A stretch of 64,000 bases of DNA from contig CAWJCZ010000001.1 of NCBI GenBank assembly GCA_963841505.1, positions 149,834 through 213,833 on the forward strand. Direction: 5' to 3'. The notes below the pieces were generated by a model that was not told where the DNA came from, made no database searches, and saw only the letters and a list, made by a program, of their open reading frames with translations. A program made the position numbers and the translations under genes. Each line of letters begins with the position of its first letter. Position 1 is the stretch's first letter. This document shows positions 56,202 through 64,000 of this stretch, in pieces. Origin of the DNA: an uncultured Gemmatimonadales bacterium. Lineage in GTDB: Bacteria > Gemmatimonadota > Gemmatimonadetes > Gemmatimonadales > GWC2-71-9.

Positions 56202-58003
56202 GCAGTGGGGGATCCGCGCTCAACGTCAGTCTGCTGTCGCGGCCCCGCCGCGTGCTCATCGTGGGATGGTTTCTCGGAACGTTGGTGCTGGGCACCCGGG
56301 GCTATCTGGAGTATGCCCAAGCGATCGGGGCCGACCGATCGATCGGAACCGCGCTCTATCACTGCGCCCAGCTCTTCCTCCTCCACGCGCCCCACTTCGA
56401 ACACCCGGTCCCGGTCGCCCTCGAGATTGCCCGCTGGTCGGCGGCGATCTTCCTGGCCGGGACGGTGCTCCAGATCGGTCGCCAGCTCTTTCCCAACGAG
56501 TTTGCCGCCCTGCGATTTCGCCGTTTCTCGAACCACGTGGTCATCGGGGGACTGGGACGGCGCGCGGTGCAGTGCGTGCGCCATGAGCGGGACCATGCCG
56601 GCCGCCGGCGACAGGTGGTGGTGATCGACCGGCAGCCACCCGAGGAGCAGACCCGGGAATGCCTCGCGCTCGGGGCCCACGTGATTACCGGGAACGTGGC
56701 CGATCCCGCGGTGCTCCGGTCCGCCGGGCTGCATCGCGCCGCCGAGCTCTGGGCGCTGTGCCCCGACGATAGCGTGAACTGCGAAACCGCGGTGCAGGCA
56801 GAGGCGGTGCTCGATGCGGCCGCGCGTTACCGGCGCAAACGGGGCCCCCTGCTCTGCAACGTGCACCTCTCCGATGTCGATCTTCGGGTCGAGCTCCAGC
56901 GGCTGGCCCAGCGGACTGTCGAGGGATCGCCGGCGGCGATTCAGTTCTTCGACCTCTACGACCGGGAGGCCCGCCGGGTCCTCCTCTCCGAGCTGCCGAT
57001 CGACCACGGCGGGATCGGCTCCGGGGAAGCCCGCAGACCCCACCTCGTGATTTTCGGGTTCGGCCGGATGGGCCGGTCGGTGGCGCTTCGAGCCGCCAAG
57101 CTGGGGCACTTCGCCAACGGCATCGAGGTTCCGGAACGCAGGCTCCGTATTTCGGTGATCGATCGGCAAGGCACTGCCGGGGAGGATGCCTTTCTGTTTC
57201 GCTATCCCCGGTTCCGTGAGGTCTGCCGGCTGGACGTTCATCAGCTCGACCTTGAATCCGCCAGAGCCCGGGAGCTGATCGAGGAATGGTCGGGCGATCC
57301 GGGAGCCCTCACCAGCCTGGTGGTGTGCTTCGACGACCAGTCCCGGGCGGTCGAAGTCGCCCTTCGGCTTCTCCCGGCGCTTCAGGCCGACGCGGTGCGG
57401 GTCGCGGTGCGGGTGGCCCACCGGGAAGGCCTCGGCGCCATGGTGGACCGGCTGTGGAGCCGGCCCGAGCCGGGAGCGCGGGTTAGGGTCAGGACCTTCG
57501 GGCGCCTCGACGAGGGATGCTGTTCGGCGGCACTCCAGGATACCCGGGAGGAAAAGCTCGCCCGCGCCATCCACGCCGATTTCGTGACCCGGCGACTCGC
57601 CGAAGGAGAGCGGAGTCCGGCCGACCGGAGCGTGGTCCCATGGTCCCTGCTGGAAGAGGACCTCCGCGAATCCAATCGCCAGCAGGCCGACCACGTCGCC
57701 ATCAAGCTCCGCTCGATCGGAGCGGACCTCCATCCTGGCTCGGCAAGCTCCGATGCTCGATTCCGTTTTTCCGGGGGAGAAATCGAGATGCTGGCCCGGA
57801 TGGAGCATCACCGATGGAATGCCGAGCGTCTGCTGGCCGGATGGACCCGGGGGCCCAAGAGCGTCGAGCGGCGAACCAGTCCGTATCTCTGTGACTGGTC
57901 GGAGCTTCCCGAGGAGATCCGGGACTACGACCGCGCCGCGGTACATACCATCCCTGCACTGCTCGACGAGATCGGCCTGCACGGGGAACGTCGCACCCGG
58001 TGA
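56198..58003 (+). CDS. 2-TM, degenerate-pore, double Rossmann (TrkA-N/RCK-like) protein with C-terminal RyR domain
   Basis: ATGA overlap with the AI-2E gene. TM1, then TALYHCAQLFLL (no TVGYG filter), then TM2. HVVIGGLGRRA and HLVIFGFGRMGRS glycine loops. C-terminus EHHRWNAERLLAGWTRGP...SPYLCDWSELPEEIRDYDRAAVHTIPALLDEIGL (RyR). Confidence 0.7.
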   Translation: MSSGGSALNVSLLSRPRRVLIVGWFLGTLVLGTRGYLEYAQAIGADRSIGTALYHCAQLFLLHAPHFEHPVPVALEIARWSAAIFLAGTVLQIGRQLFPNEFAALRFRRFSNHVVIGGLGRRAVQCVRHERDHAGRRRQVVVIDRQPPEEQTRECLALGAHVITGNVADPAVLRSAGLHRAAELWALCPDDSVNCETAVQAEAVLDAAARYRRKRGPLLCNVHLSDVDLRVELQRLAQRTVEGSPAAIQFFDLYDREARRVLLSELPIDHGGIGSGEARRPHLVIFGFGRMGRSVALRAAKLGHFANGIEVPERRLRISVIDRQGTAGEDAFLFRYPRFREVCRLDVHQLDLESARARELIEEWSGDPGALTSLVVCFDDQSRAVEVALRLLPALQADAVRVAVRVAHREGLGAMVDRLWSRPEPGARVRVRTFGRLDEGCCSAALQDTREEKLARAIHADFVTRRLAEGERSPADRSVVPWSLLEEDLRESNRQQADHVAIKLRSIGADLHPGSASSDARFRFSGGEIEMLARMEHHRWNAERLLAGWTRGPKSVERRTSPYLCDWSELPEEIRDYDRAAVHTIPALLDEIGLHGERRTR

Positions 58004-58019
58004 TCCGCTCGCTCTTTCC

Positions 58020-58490
58020 ATGATGCAGCCGGTCGCGCTCCCTCCCGGCGTGGTCGAGCAGCTTGCCCGGGCCATACACGCGCGATATCTCCAGAACCAG
58101 AAGGACCGAAAGGCACCCGATGATCCGGCCATGCAGCCGTGGGACAAGCTTCCCGCGGCGCTCCGGGAATCGAACCATGTGCAGGCCGCCGCGATCCCGC
58201 GGACGGTGGCGCGCATGGGCTACCACATTGGTCCGTTGAACCGCGATGCGCATCGGGTATTCCTCGATGAGGAGCTCGAGCTCCTCGCCGAGGGAGAACA
58301 TGACCGGTGGGTGGCCGAACGGAGAAACGCCGGGTGGAGCGCAGGGCCGGCCCGCGATGCCGAACGGAAACAGACGCCTTACCTGGTGAGCTGGACCGAG
58401 CTGGACGAGGAAATCCGCGAGTACGACCGGGATGCGATTCGCGCGATTCCGGAGGTACTCGCCGAGGTCGGGCTCGGCCTCTTTCGCTAG
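58020..58490 (+). CDS. stand-alone RyR-domain protein (copy of the upstream protein's C-terminal module)
   Basis: LARAIHARY...W..LPAALRESNHVQAAAI, then EHDRWVAERRNAGWSAGP...TPYLVSWTELDEEIREYDRDAIRAIPEVLAEVGL. Confidence 0.7.
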   Translation: MMQPVALPPGVVEQLARAIHARYLQNQKDRKAPDDPAMQPWDKLPAALRESNHVQAAAIPRTVARMGYHIGPLNRDAHRVFLDEELELLAEGEHDRWVAERRNAGWSAGPARDAERKQTPYLVSWTELDEEIREYDRDAIRAIPEVLAEVGLGLFR

Positions 58491-58549
58491 GCGATCACAA
58501 CTGCCGCGGTTCTTGGCGAGGCCCCCGGCAATGGAGTACGTTGATAGTC

Positions 58550-59599
58550 ATGCGGATCCCGGTTCGGGTCTGGACCCCCCTCCTGGTCCTGACACAGGCA
58601 TTCCTCTCCCCTGCAGGCGCCCAGGAATCGGGCACACCGACCAACGACCTTCCCAATCCATTTCGAACCGTATCGGGGTGGGCAAAGCTCCCCGAAGGGC
58701 GGACCTGGGGTTCCACCAGCGCCGTGGCGGTCGACCAGGATGGCAGGAGTGTCTGGGTGGGAGAACGCTGCGGCGAAAACAGTTGCGCCGGATCGGCGCT
58801 CGATCCGGTGCTTCTCTTCGACGCTGAAGGCAGGCTGGTCCGGAGCTTCGGAAAGGGCCTGTTCCTTTCTCCCCACGGCATCACCGTGGATCGAGACGGC
58901 AACGTCTGGCTGACGGACTGTGCCTGCACCGGCACCCCCGAGCAACGCAACACGCCGGGCAAGGGTCACCAGGTGTACAAGTTCAGCCCCGACGGCACGC
59001 TGCTCCTGACCCTGGGGAAACCGGGCGGCGGAAAAGGCACCGAGTTTTTCTATCAGCCCAACGATGTGCTGGTCGCGCCGAACGGTGACATTTTCGTCGC
59101 GGAAGGGCACTCCGATGCGGCCGACGCGAATGCCCGCATTCTCAAATTCGACAAGACCGGTAAGCTCCTGAAGACCTGGGGTGTGAAAGGCAGCGGGCCG
59201 GGAGAATTCGCCCAGCCCCACGCGCTCGCGATGGATTCCCGCGGCCGGCTCTTCGTCGGCGACCGGAGCAACAACCGGATCCAGATCTTCGATCAGGACG
59301 GGAAATACCTGGCCGAGTGGGCCCAGTTCAGCCGGCCCAGCGGGATCACCATCGACAAGCACGACACGATCTATGTGGCGGACTCCGAATCCGGATCGGT
59401 CAATCCCGCGCACGGGGGGTGGAAACGGGGGATCAGGATCGGCACCGTCCGCGACGGTAAAGTGATCTACTTCATCCCGGATCCCGACCAAGCGGCTCGC
59501 AACACCAGCGCCGCGGAAGGTGTCGCGGTGGATGCCCGCGGAATCATCTACGGGGCCGAGGTCGGTCCCCGCGCGCTCAGGAGGTACGTGAGACCATGA
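58550..59599 (+). CDS. secreted NHL-repeat beta-propeller protein (peptidyl-hydroxyglycine lyase-like)
   Basis: ATG 58550 with a signal peptide. Repeated ...[16 protein letters not shown]..., ...[17 protein letters not shown]..., ...[26 protein letters not shown]..., ...[17 protein letters not shown].... Confidence 0.7.
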   Translation: MRIPVRVWTPLLVLTQAFLSPAGAQESGTPTNDLPNPFRTVSGWAKLPEGRTWGSTSAVAVDQDGRSVWVGERCGENSCAGSALDPVLLFDAEGRLVRSFGKGLFLSPHGITVDRDGNVWLTDCACTGTPEQRNTPGKGHQVYKFSPDGTLLLTLGKPGGGKGTEFFYQPNDVLVAPNGDIFVAEGHSDAADANARILKFDKTGKLLKTWGVKGSGPGEFAQPHALAMDSRGRLFVGDRSNNRIQIFDQDGKYLAEWAQFSRPSGITIDKHDTIYVADSESGSVNPAHGGWKRGIRIGTVRDGKVIYFIPDPDQAARNTSAAEGVAVDARGIIYGAEVGPRALRRYVRP

Positions 59600-60105
59600 G
59601 CACGAGCTTCAAGGTCAACGGCAGGACCGTCACGGTGGACGTTCCGCCCGAAATGCCCCTGCTCTGGGTGCTCCGCGACGTTCTCGATCTCAAGGGCACC
59701 AAGTTCGGTTGCGGCGTCGCGCAGTGCGGCGCGTGCACCGTGCATCTTGGGGGGTCACCGACCCGCTCCTGCGTGCTCCCGGTGTCCGCCGTGAACGGCG
59801 CCGAGGTGACCACGATCGAGGGATTGTCGCCCGACGGCACCCATCCGCTCCAGCGGGCCTGGGAAGAGCTGGACGTGCCCCAGTGCGGATACTGCCAGGC
59901 CGGCCAGCTGATGAGCGCGGCGGCGCTGCTCTCCCGGAAACCCAAGCCGACCGATGCCGATATCGATTCCGCGATGAACGGAAATCTCTGCCGCTGTGCC
60001 ACCTACCTCCGGATCCGCCAGGCGATCCATCTGGCTGCGACGCTTCCCGCCGGATCGGTGAGCTCTACCGGGCGCTCGGGCCCGGGAGAAGGGAGGGAGC
60101 CGTGA
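59596..60105 (+). CDS. (2Fe-2S)-binding small subunit of an aldehyde oxidase/isoquinoline oxidoreductase-type molybdoenzyme (IorA-like)
   Basis: [11 protein letters not shown] and CGYCQAGQ...NLCRCATY cluster motifs. ATGA overlap with the upstream gene. Confidence 0.88.
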   Translation: MSTSFKVNGRTVTVDVPPEMPLLWVLRDVLDLKGTKFGCGVAQCGACTVHLGGSPTRSCVLPVSAVNGAEVTTIEGLSPDGTHPLQRAWEELDVPQCGYCQAGQLMSAAALLSRKPKPTDADIDSAMNGNLCRCATYLRIRQAIHLAATLPAGSVSSTGRSGPGEGREP

Positions 60106-62285
60106 GCGCCCCGAAGCAGGTCAGCCGGCGGGAGTTTCTCACCGTCACGGCCATTGCGGGCGGCGGGTTGCTCCTGGGCACGCGGGTTACGCGGGCCGCG
60201 AACCCCACCGGCTCGACCGCGGCGGAATTCCTGCCCAATCCGTTCATCCGGATTACCCCGGACGGCGCCGTCACTCTGATCGCGCAGAATCCGGAAATCG
60301 GCCAGGGCATCAAGACCATGCTGCCGATGATTATCGCCGATGAGCTCGATGTGGACTGGAAAGACGTGAGCATCGAGCAGGCCGGACTGGACACCGACCG
60401 CTTCCAGCAACAGTTCGCCGGTGGAAGTACTGCGACGCCGAACCACTGGACCCGGATGCGGAGGGTCGGTGCCGCCGGCCGGGCGATGCTGGTCACCGCC
60501 GCCGCGGAGATCTGGCAGGTTCCCGAATCCGAATGCGAAACCGCCTCGGGAGCCGTCACGCACAAACGGAGCGGCCGCAGTCTCAAATACGGAGCCCTGC
60601 TGCCGAAGGCCGCGACCGTCGCGCCGCCCGCGCTCGAATCGGTGACCCTCAAGGATCCCCGGCAGTTCCGGATCATCGGCCAGCGGATCCATGGGGTGGA
60701 CAACCACGCGATTGTGACGGGAACCCCGTTGTACGGAATCGACGTCAAGGTTCCCGGGATGCTCTACGCGGTGTATGAAAAATGTCCCGTCTTCGGCGGC
60801 ACCGTCAGCAGCGCGAACCTGGAAGAGATCCGGGCCAGACCGGGGATCCGGCAGGCGTTCGTGGTCGAGCCGGGAGCGGGTGGCGCGCTGAACGGGTTGC
60901 TGGGGGGTGTGGCCATTATCGGCGATACCTGGTGGGTCGCCAAGCATGCGCGCGATGGACTCAAGGTGACCTGGAACGAAGGCGAGACGGCGGCCCAGAG
61001 CAGCGCAGGCTTTGCCGCCCAGGCCGCCCAGCTGAGCCGAAGCGCTCCGCAACGGAATCTCCGCAAGGATGGTGACGCCGAAGTGGCGTTGGCCGGGGCT
61101 GCCCGGAAAGTACGGGCAGAATACTTCTATCCGTTCATCGCCCACGCACCGCTCGAGCCGATGAACTGCACCGCGAGCTACCAGGATGGAAAGCTCGAGA
61201 TCTGGGCTCCGAGCCAGACCCCTGCGGGGGGCCGGGCCCTGGTGTCGCGCACCCTGAACATTCCGGAATCCGACATCACGATCCACCTGACCCGCAGTGG
61301 CGGCGGGTTCGGACGGCGGCTCAACAACGATTACATGGTCGAAGCCGCGGCGATCGCGAAACAGGCCGGGGTTCCCGTGAAGCTCTTGTGGACCCGGGAA
61401 GACGACATGCGCCATGATTTCTACCGGCCGGCAGGGTTCCACTACCTGGCCGGCGGGGTCGATTCAGCCGGGAAACTGGTCGCGTGGCACAACCACTTCG
61501 TTTCCTTCGGCGAGGGCGAGCGATTTGCCCCGGCCGCCGGCCTCGGCGCGACCGAATTCCCCCAGCGTTTCATTGCCAATTATCAGCTGGACGCATCGGT
61601 GATGCCGCTTGGCGTTCCCACCGGGGCATTGCGAGCGCCGACCAGCAACGGCGTGGCGTTCGTGATCCAGTCATTCCTGGATGAGCTGGCCCATGCGGCG
61701 GGGAAAGATCCGGTCGCCTTCCGGCTCGACTTGCTCTCCAACGCACCCGAGGGCGAGGGTTTCAATGCCCAGCGGATGGGTGCAGTGCTCGCGCTGGTCG
61801 CCGAGAAGTCGGGTTGGAGCGCGCGGAGGAAGGAGCGGGGCAAGGGGATGGGGGTGGCTTTCCACTACAGCCACCGCGGTCACTTCGCCGAGGTGGTGCA
61901 GGTGAGCGTGACCCGAGCCGGGGCCCTGACGATCGAGAAGGTCTTCGTGGCGGGCGATATCGGCAGTCACGTCATCAATCCGCTCAACGCGGAGAACCAG
62001 GTCCAGGGAGCGGTGCTCGACGGACTGGCGGAAGCGCTGGGGCAGCAGATCACCATCGAAAAAGGCCGGGCGGTCCAGAGCAACTTCCACGACTTTCCCC
62101 TGCTTCGGCTGACCCAGGCGGTCCCGATCGAGGTGTTCTGGAGCCAGCCCGACTTCCCGCCCACCGGGTTAGGGGAGCCGGCGCTTCCCCCGGTCATCCC
62201 CGCGCTCTGTAATGCGATATTCGAGGCGACCGGGAAACGGATCCGGTCCCTGCCGATCGGCAAGCAGGACCTGAGCTGGACATAA
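60102..62285 (+). CDS. molybdopterin-binding large subunit (IorB-like), Tat-exported
   Basis: GTG 60102 in a GTGA overlap. Tat motif [19 protein letters not shown]. Full-length aldehyde oxidase/xanthine dehydrogenase-family similarity. The track ORF start at 59709 is an out-of-context extension. Confidence 0.85.
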   Translation: MSAPKQVSRREFLTVTAIAGGGLLLGTRVTRAANPTGSTAAEFLPNPFIRITPDGAVTLIAQNPEIGQGIKTMLPMIIADELDVDWKDVSIEQAGLDTDRFQQQFAGGSTATPNHWTRMRRVGAAGRAMLVTAAAEIWQVPESECETASGAVTHKRSGRSLKYGALLPKAATVAPPALESVTLKDPRQFRIIGQRIHGVDNHAIVTGTPLYGIDVKVPGMLYAVYEKCPVFGGTVSSANLEEIRARPGIRQAFVVEPGAGGALNGLLGGVAIIGDTWWVAKHARDGLKVTWNEGETAAQSSAGFAAQAAQLSRSAPQRNLRKDGDAEVALAGAARKVRAEYFYPFIAHAPLEPMNCTASYQDGKLEIWAPSQTPAGGRALVSRTLNIPESDITIHLTRSGGGFGRRLNNDYMVEAAAIAKQAGVPVKLLWTREDDMRHDFYRPAGFHYLAGGVDSAGKLVAWHNHFVSFGEGERFAPAAGLGATEFPQRFIANYQLDASVMPLGVPTGALRAPTSNGVAFVIQSFLDELAHAAGKDPVAFRLDLLSNAPEGEGFNAQRMGAVLALVAEKSGWSARRKERGKGMGVAFHYSHRGHFAEVVQVSVTRAGALTIEKVFVAGDIGSHVINPLNAENQVQGAVLDGLAEALGQQITIEKGRAVQSNFHDFPLLRLTQAVPIEVFWSQPDFPPTGLGEPALPPVIPALCNAIFEATGKRIRSLPIGKQDLSWT

Positions 62286-62322
62286 CAGGCGGACAGGCGG
62301 GCAGGCGGACAGGCGGACAATC
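62283..62322 (+). repeat. tandem octamer array (TAACAGGC GGACAGGC GGGCAGGC GGACAGGC GGACAATC)
   Basis: Read directly from the sequence. It is intergenic, starts at the TAA stop of the IorB-like gene and ends 14 nt before the next ATG. Confidence 0.75.
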
Positions 62323-62335
62323 GAAAGGGGCGATC

Positions 62336-63505
62336 ATGAGTACCATGTTTCCAGTGAGCCGGCGGCGATTCTTCGGTGGAGTGGCCACGGCGGTCGGGGC
62401 CTTGACCATCCGGCCCGAGCTCGCGCTCTGGTCGCAGGGCACCCCGGCCCAGCAGCGGCCGCGGACCTCGGTCGACGAGTACGACGCGTTGGCCAAGCTC
62501 GCCAACAACGAGAACCCGTACGGGCCGCCCGAATCGGTGCTCAAGGCGATGACCGACGCATTCAAATACGCCAATCGCTATGGCTATCCGGATGGCGGCA
62601 TCACCGACGCGATCGCCAAACATCACGGGGTGGAGCCGGAGAACGTCATGCTCGGCGCCGGCTCGGGCGAGATTCTCGACATTGCCTGCATCGCGCTGCT
62701 GCGTGACGACAAGAAGGTGGTCGGGGTGGATCCGTCGTACGATATCCTCTATCAGCACGCCAGAACGCTCAAGGCGGACCAGATCCGTCTCCCCTTGCTC
62801 AAGGATTACACCCAGGACATTCCCGCCATGATCAAGGCGGTCAAGCAGAACTATCGCGATGTGGGATTCGTGTACCTGGTGAATCCCAACAACCCGACCG
62901 GCCGCACCGTCTCCCGGAAAGATGTGGCACTACTCCTCGATTCGATTCCCGAGGACGTTCCCGTCCTGATCGACGAGGCCTATCACCATTTCGTGGAAGA
63001 TCCCGAGTACGCCACCTCGGTGCCCTACGTGCTTCAGGGGCGCAACGTGATCGTGGCGCGCACCTTCTCGAAGATCGCGGCGCTCGCCGGCATGCGGCTG
63101 GGCTACGCCATTGCGCCGCGGAGCCTGCTCCAGCAGATGCGTCCGTTCAGCACCGGCAGCATCAACGCGGTGGTGAAGTGGGGCGGGGTGGCCGCGCTCC
63201 AGGATACCGCGGCGCAGGCCTGGGTGAAGAAGGTCACCATCGACGAACGGGAGAAGGCGACCCGCCAGCTCAATGCGATGGGGTTCGAGACGATTCCTTC
63301 CCAGTGCAATTTCTTCATGGTGAACCTCAAGCGGCCGGTCCAATCGGTGACCGAGGAATTCCGCAAGCGGAAAGTACTGGTGGGACGGCCCTTCCCGCCG
63401 CTGGTTGAGCACCTCCGGGTCTCGATCGGGACGCCGGATGAAATGGGGCGATTCATGGTCGCCTTCCGCGAGATCTTCGCGAACGGGAAGGCGGCGGGGG
63501 GGTAG
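62336..63505 (+). CDS. class I/II PLP-dependent aminotransferase (HisC-like) with Tat signal
   Basis: SRRRFFGGVATAVGALT twin-arginine leader. LANNENPYGPP, NPNNPTG and TFSKIAALAGMRLGY (PLP lysine context). Confidence 0.8.
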   Translation: MSTMFPVSRRRFFGGVATAVGALTIRPELALWSQGTPAQQRPRTSVDEYDALAKLANNENPYGPPESVLKAMTDAFKYANRYGYPDGGITDAIAKHHGVEPENVMLGAGSGEILDIACIALLRDDKKVVGVDPSYDILYQHARTLKADQIRLPLLKDYTQDIPAMIKAVKQNYRDVGFVYLVNPNNPTGRTVSRKDVALLLDSIPEDVPVLIDEAYHHFVEDPEYATSVPYVLQGRNVIVARTFSKIAALAGMRLGYAIAPRSLLQQMRPFSTGSINAVVKWGGVAALQDTAAQAWVKKVTIDEREKATRQLNAMGFETIPSQCNFFMVNLKRPVQSVTEEFRKRKVLVGRPFPPLVEHLRVSIGTPDEMGRFMVAFREIFANGKAAGG

Positions 63506-63510
63506 CCGGA

Positions 63511-64000
63511 ATGGACAGAGGGGCCAGCACGGCCAGAGGGGGCAGAGGAGCGATGCTTCTCTGCCTTCTTGTTTTAGCTCCTTCGGGCCACGCCGCCCGC
63601 CCCGCGGAGGCTCCGCTGGTGGCCATTACCCACGTCGCCATCATCGACGGAACCGACTCTCTTCCCCGCCGCGACCAGACCATCCTGATCCGCGGCAACC
63701 GGATCCTCGCCGCCGGGCCCGCCGCGGACCTGCCGGTTCCCGCGGGGAGCCGGGTCATTGCCGGTCGGGGTCGCTACGCCATTCCCGGGTTATGGGACAT
63801 GCACGTCCACACCGTAGTGCCGGGGGGACGAAGAGTCCTGGGCCTGTACCTGGCCAATGGCGTGCTGGGCGTTCGCGATCTTGCGGGGGACTGGGACTCT
63901 CTCCAGAGCTGGCGTCGCGAGATCGCGAGCGGCCGCCTGGTGGGTCCGAGGATGCTGGTCTCGGGGCCATACATCGAGGGCGGCGACGTCCCGATCGCTC
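63511..64000 (+). CDS. amidohydrolase family protein, 3' end cut by window edge
   Basis: The frame is open to the window end and is not in the ORF track because it has no stop. Signal-like MLLCLLVLAPSG (alternative ATG at 63553). ITHVAIIDG...GRYAIPGLWDMHVHT is the HxH metal motif. Confidence 0.65.
   Translation, partial: MDRGASTARGGRGAMLLCLLVLAPSGHAARPAEAPLVAITHVAIIDGTDSLPRRDQTILIRGNRILAAGPAADLPVPAGSRVIAGRGRYAIPGLWDMHVHTVVPGGRRVLGLYLANGVLGVRDLAGDWDSLQSWRREIASGRLVGPRMLVSGPYIEGGDVPIA

Noticed and set aside
59709-60101. N-terminal 130-aa extension of the IorB-like ORF overlapping the IorA-like gene.
   Set aside because: The extension is out-of-frame read-through of iorA with junk composition. 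GTG 60102 gives a canonical Tat leader and a GTGA junction.
4836-62173. CGGGTTAGG as a polar KOPS/Chi-type motif.
   Set aside because: The orientation is 13 plus versus 9 minus in this window, with no visible skew. One 64-kb window cannot exclude it genome-wide.
63541-63582. 10-bp hairpin GGCAGAGGAG-cgatg-CTTCTCTGCC followed by TTCTTGTTTT, looking like an intrinsic terminator after the aminotransferase gene.
   Set aside because: The loop contains the ATG (63553) and the T-rich run encodes the LLCLLVL signal peptide of the next gene. I cannot separate a terminator from coding constraints.

Overview
High-GC (about 68-70% by eye) bacterial chromosomal segment. The gene content suggests a Gemmatimonadota- or Acidobacteriota-like organism, which is inference only: a MoxR/DUF58/BatA/DUF4159/DUF4175 operon, a CBM9-DUF5916 barrel, several Ser/Thr kinases with Sel1 repeats, and carboxypeptidase-regulatory-like proteins. 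I can support about 55 protein-coding genes or pseudogenes. I recognised no rRNA, tRNA or CRISPR array. Most long ORFs antisense to these genes are GC-driven shadow ORFs. Main observations: (1) A ~2.4-kb low-GC insertion (21.9-24.3 kb) sits between efp and an acyltransferase. It carries a REP-associated-transposase stub, REP-like repeats, a lipoprotein gene with a tentative JAB-like motif broken by one in-frame TAG, and a small secreted partner. (2) The 9-mer CGGGTTAGG occurs 22 times (8-mer core) against 2-3 expected. It is mostly read in frame as Gly-Leu(TTA)-Gly and also lies at rearrangement junctions. (3) A tandem octamer GGACAGGC occurs at three loci. (4) Reading-frame breaks are strongly clustered: about 34 in 38.2-50.3 kb and about 8 in the 10.3-13.1 kb two-component locus, almost none elsewhere. 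They affect lhr, ahcY, a kinase and a DUF4175 gene. (5) A duplicated lhr 3' end and an inverted truncated paralogue flank a DUF4143 ATPase. (6) A 14-kb, eight-gene, translationally coupled MoxR/vWA operon includes a legumain-like protein with Cys replaced by Thr. (7) An AI-2E transporter is coupled to a 2TM-Rossmann-RyR protein and a free-standing RyR protein. (8) A dinJ-yafQ pair sits next to an orphan HsdM stub. All family calls come from motif recognition by eye; no searches were run.
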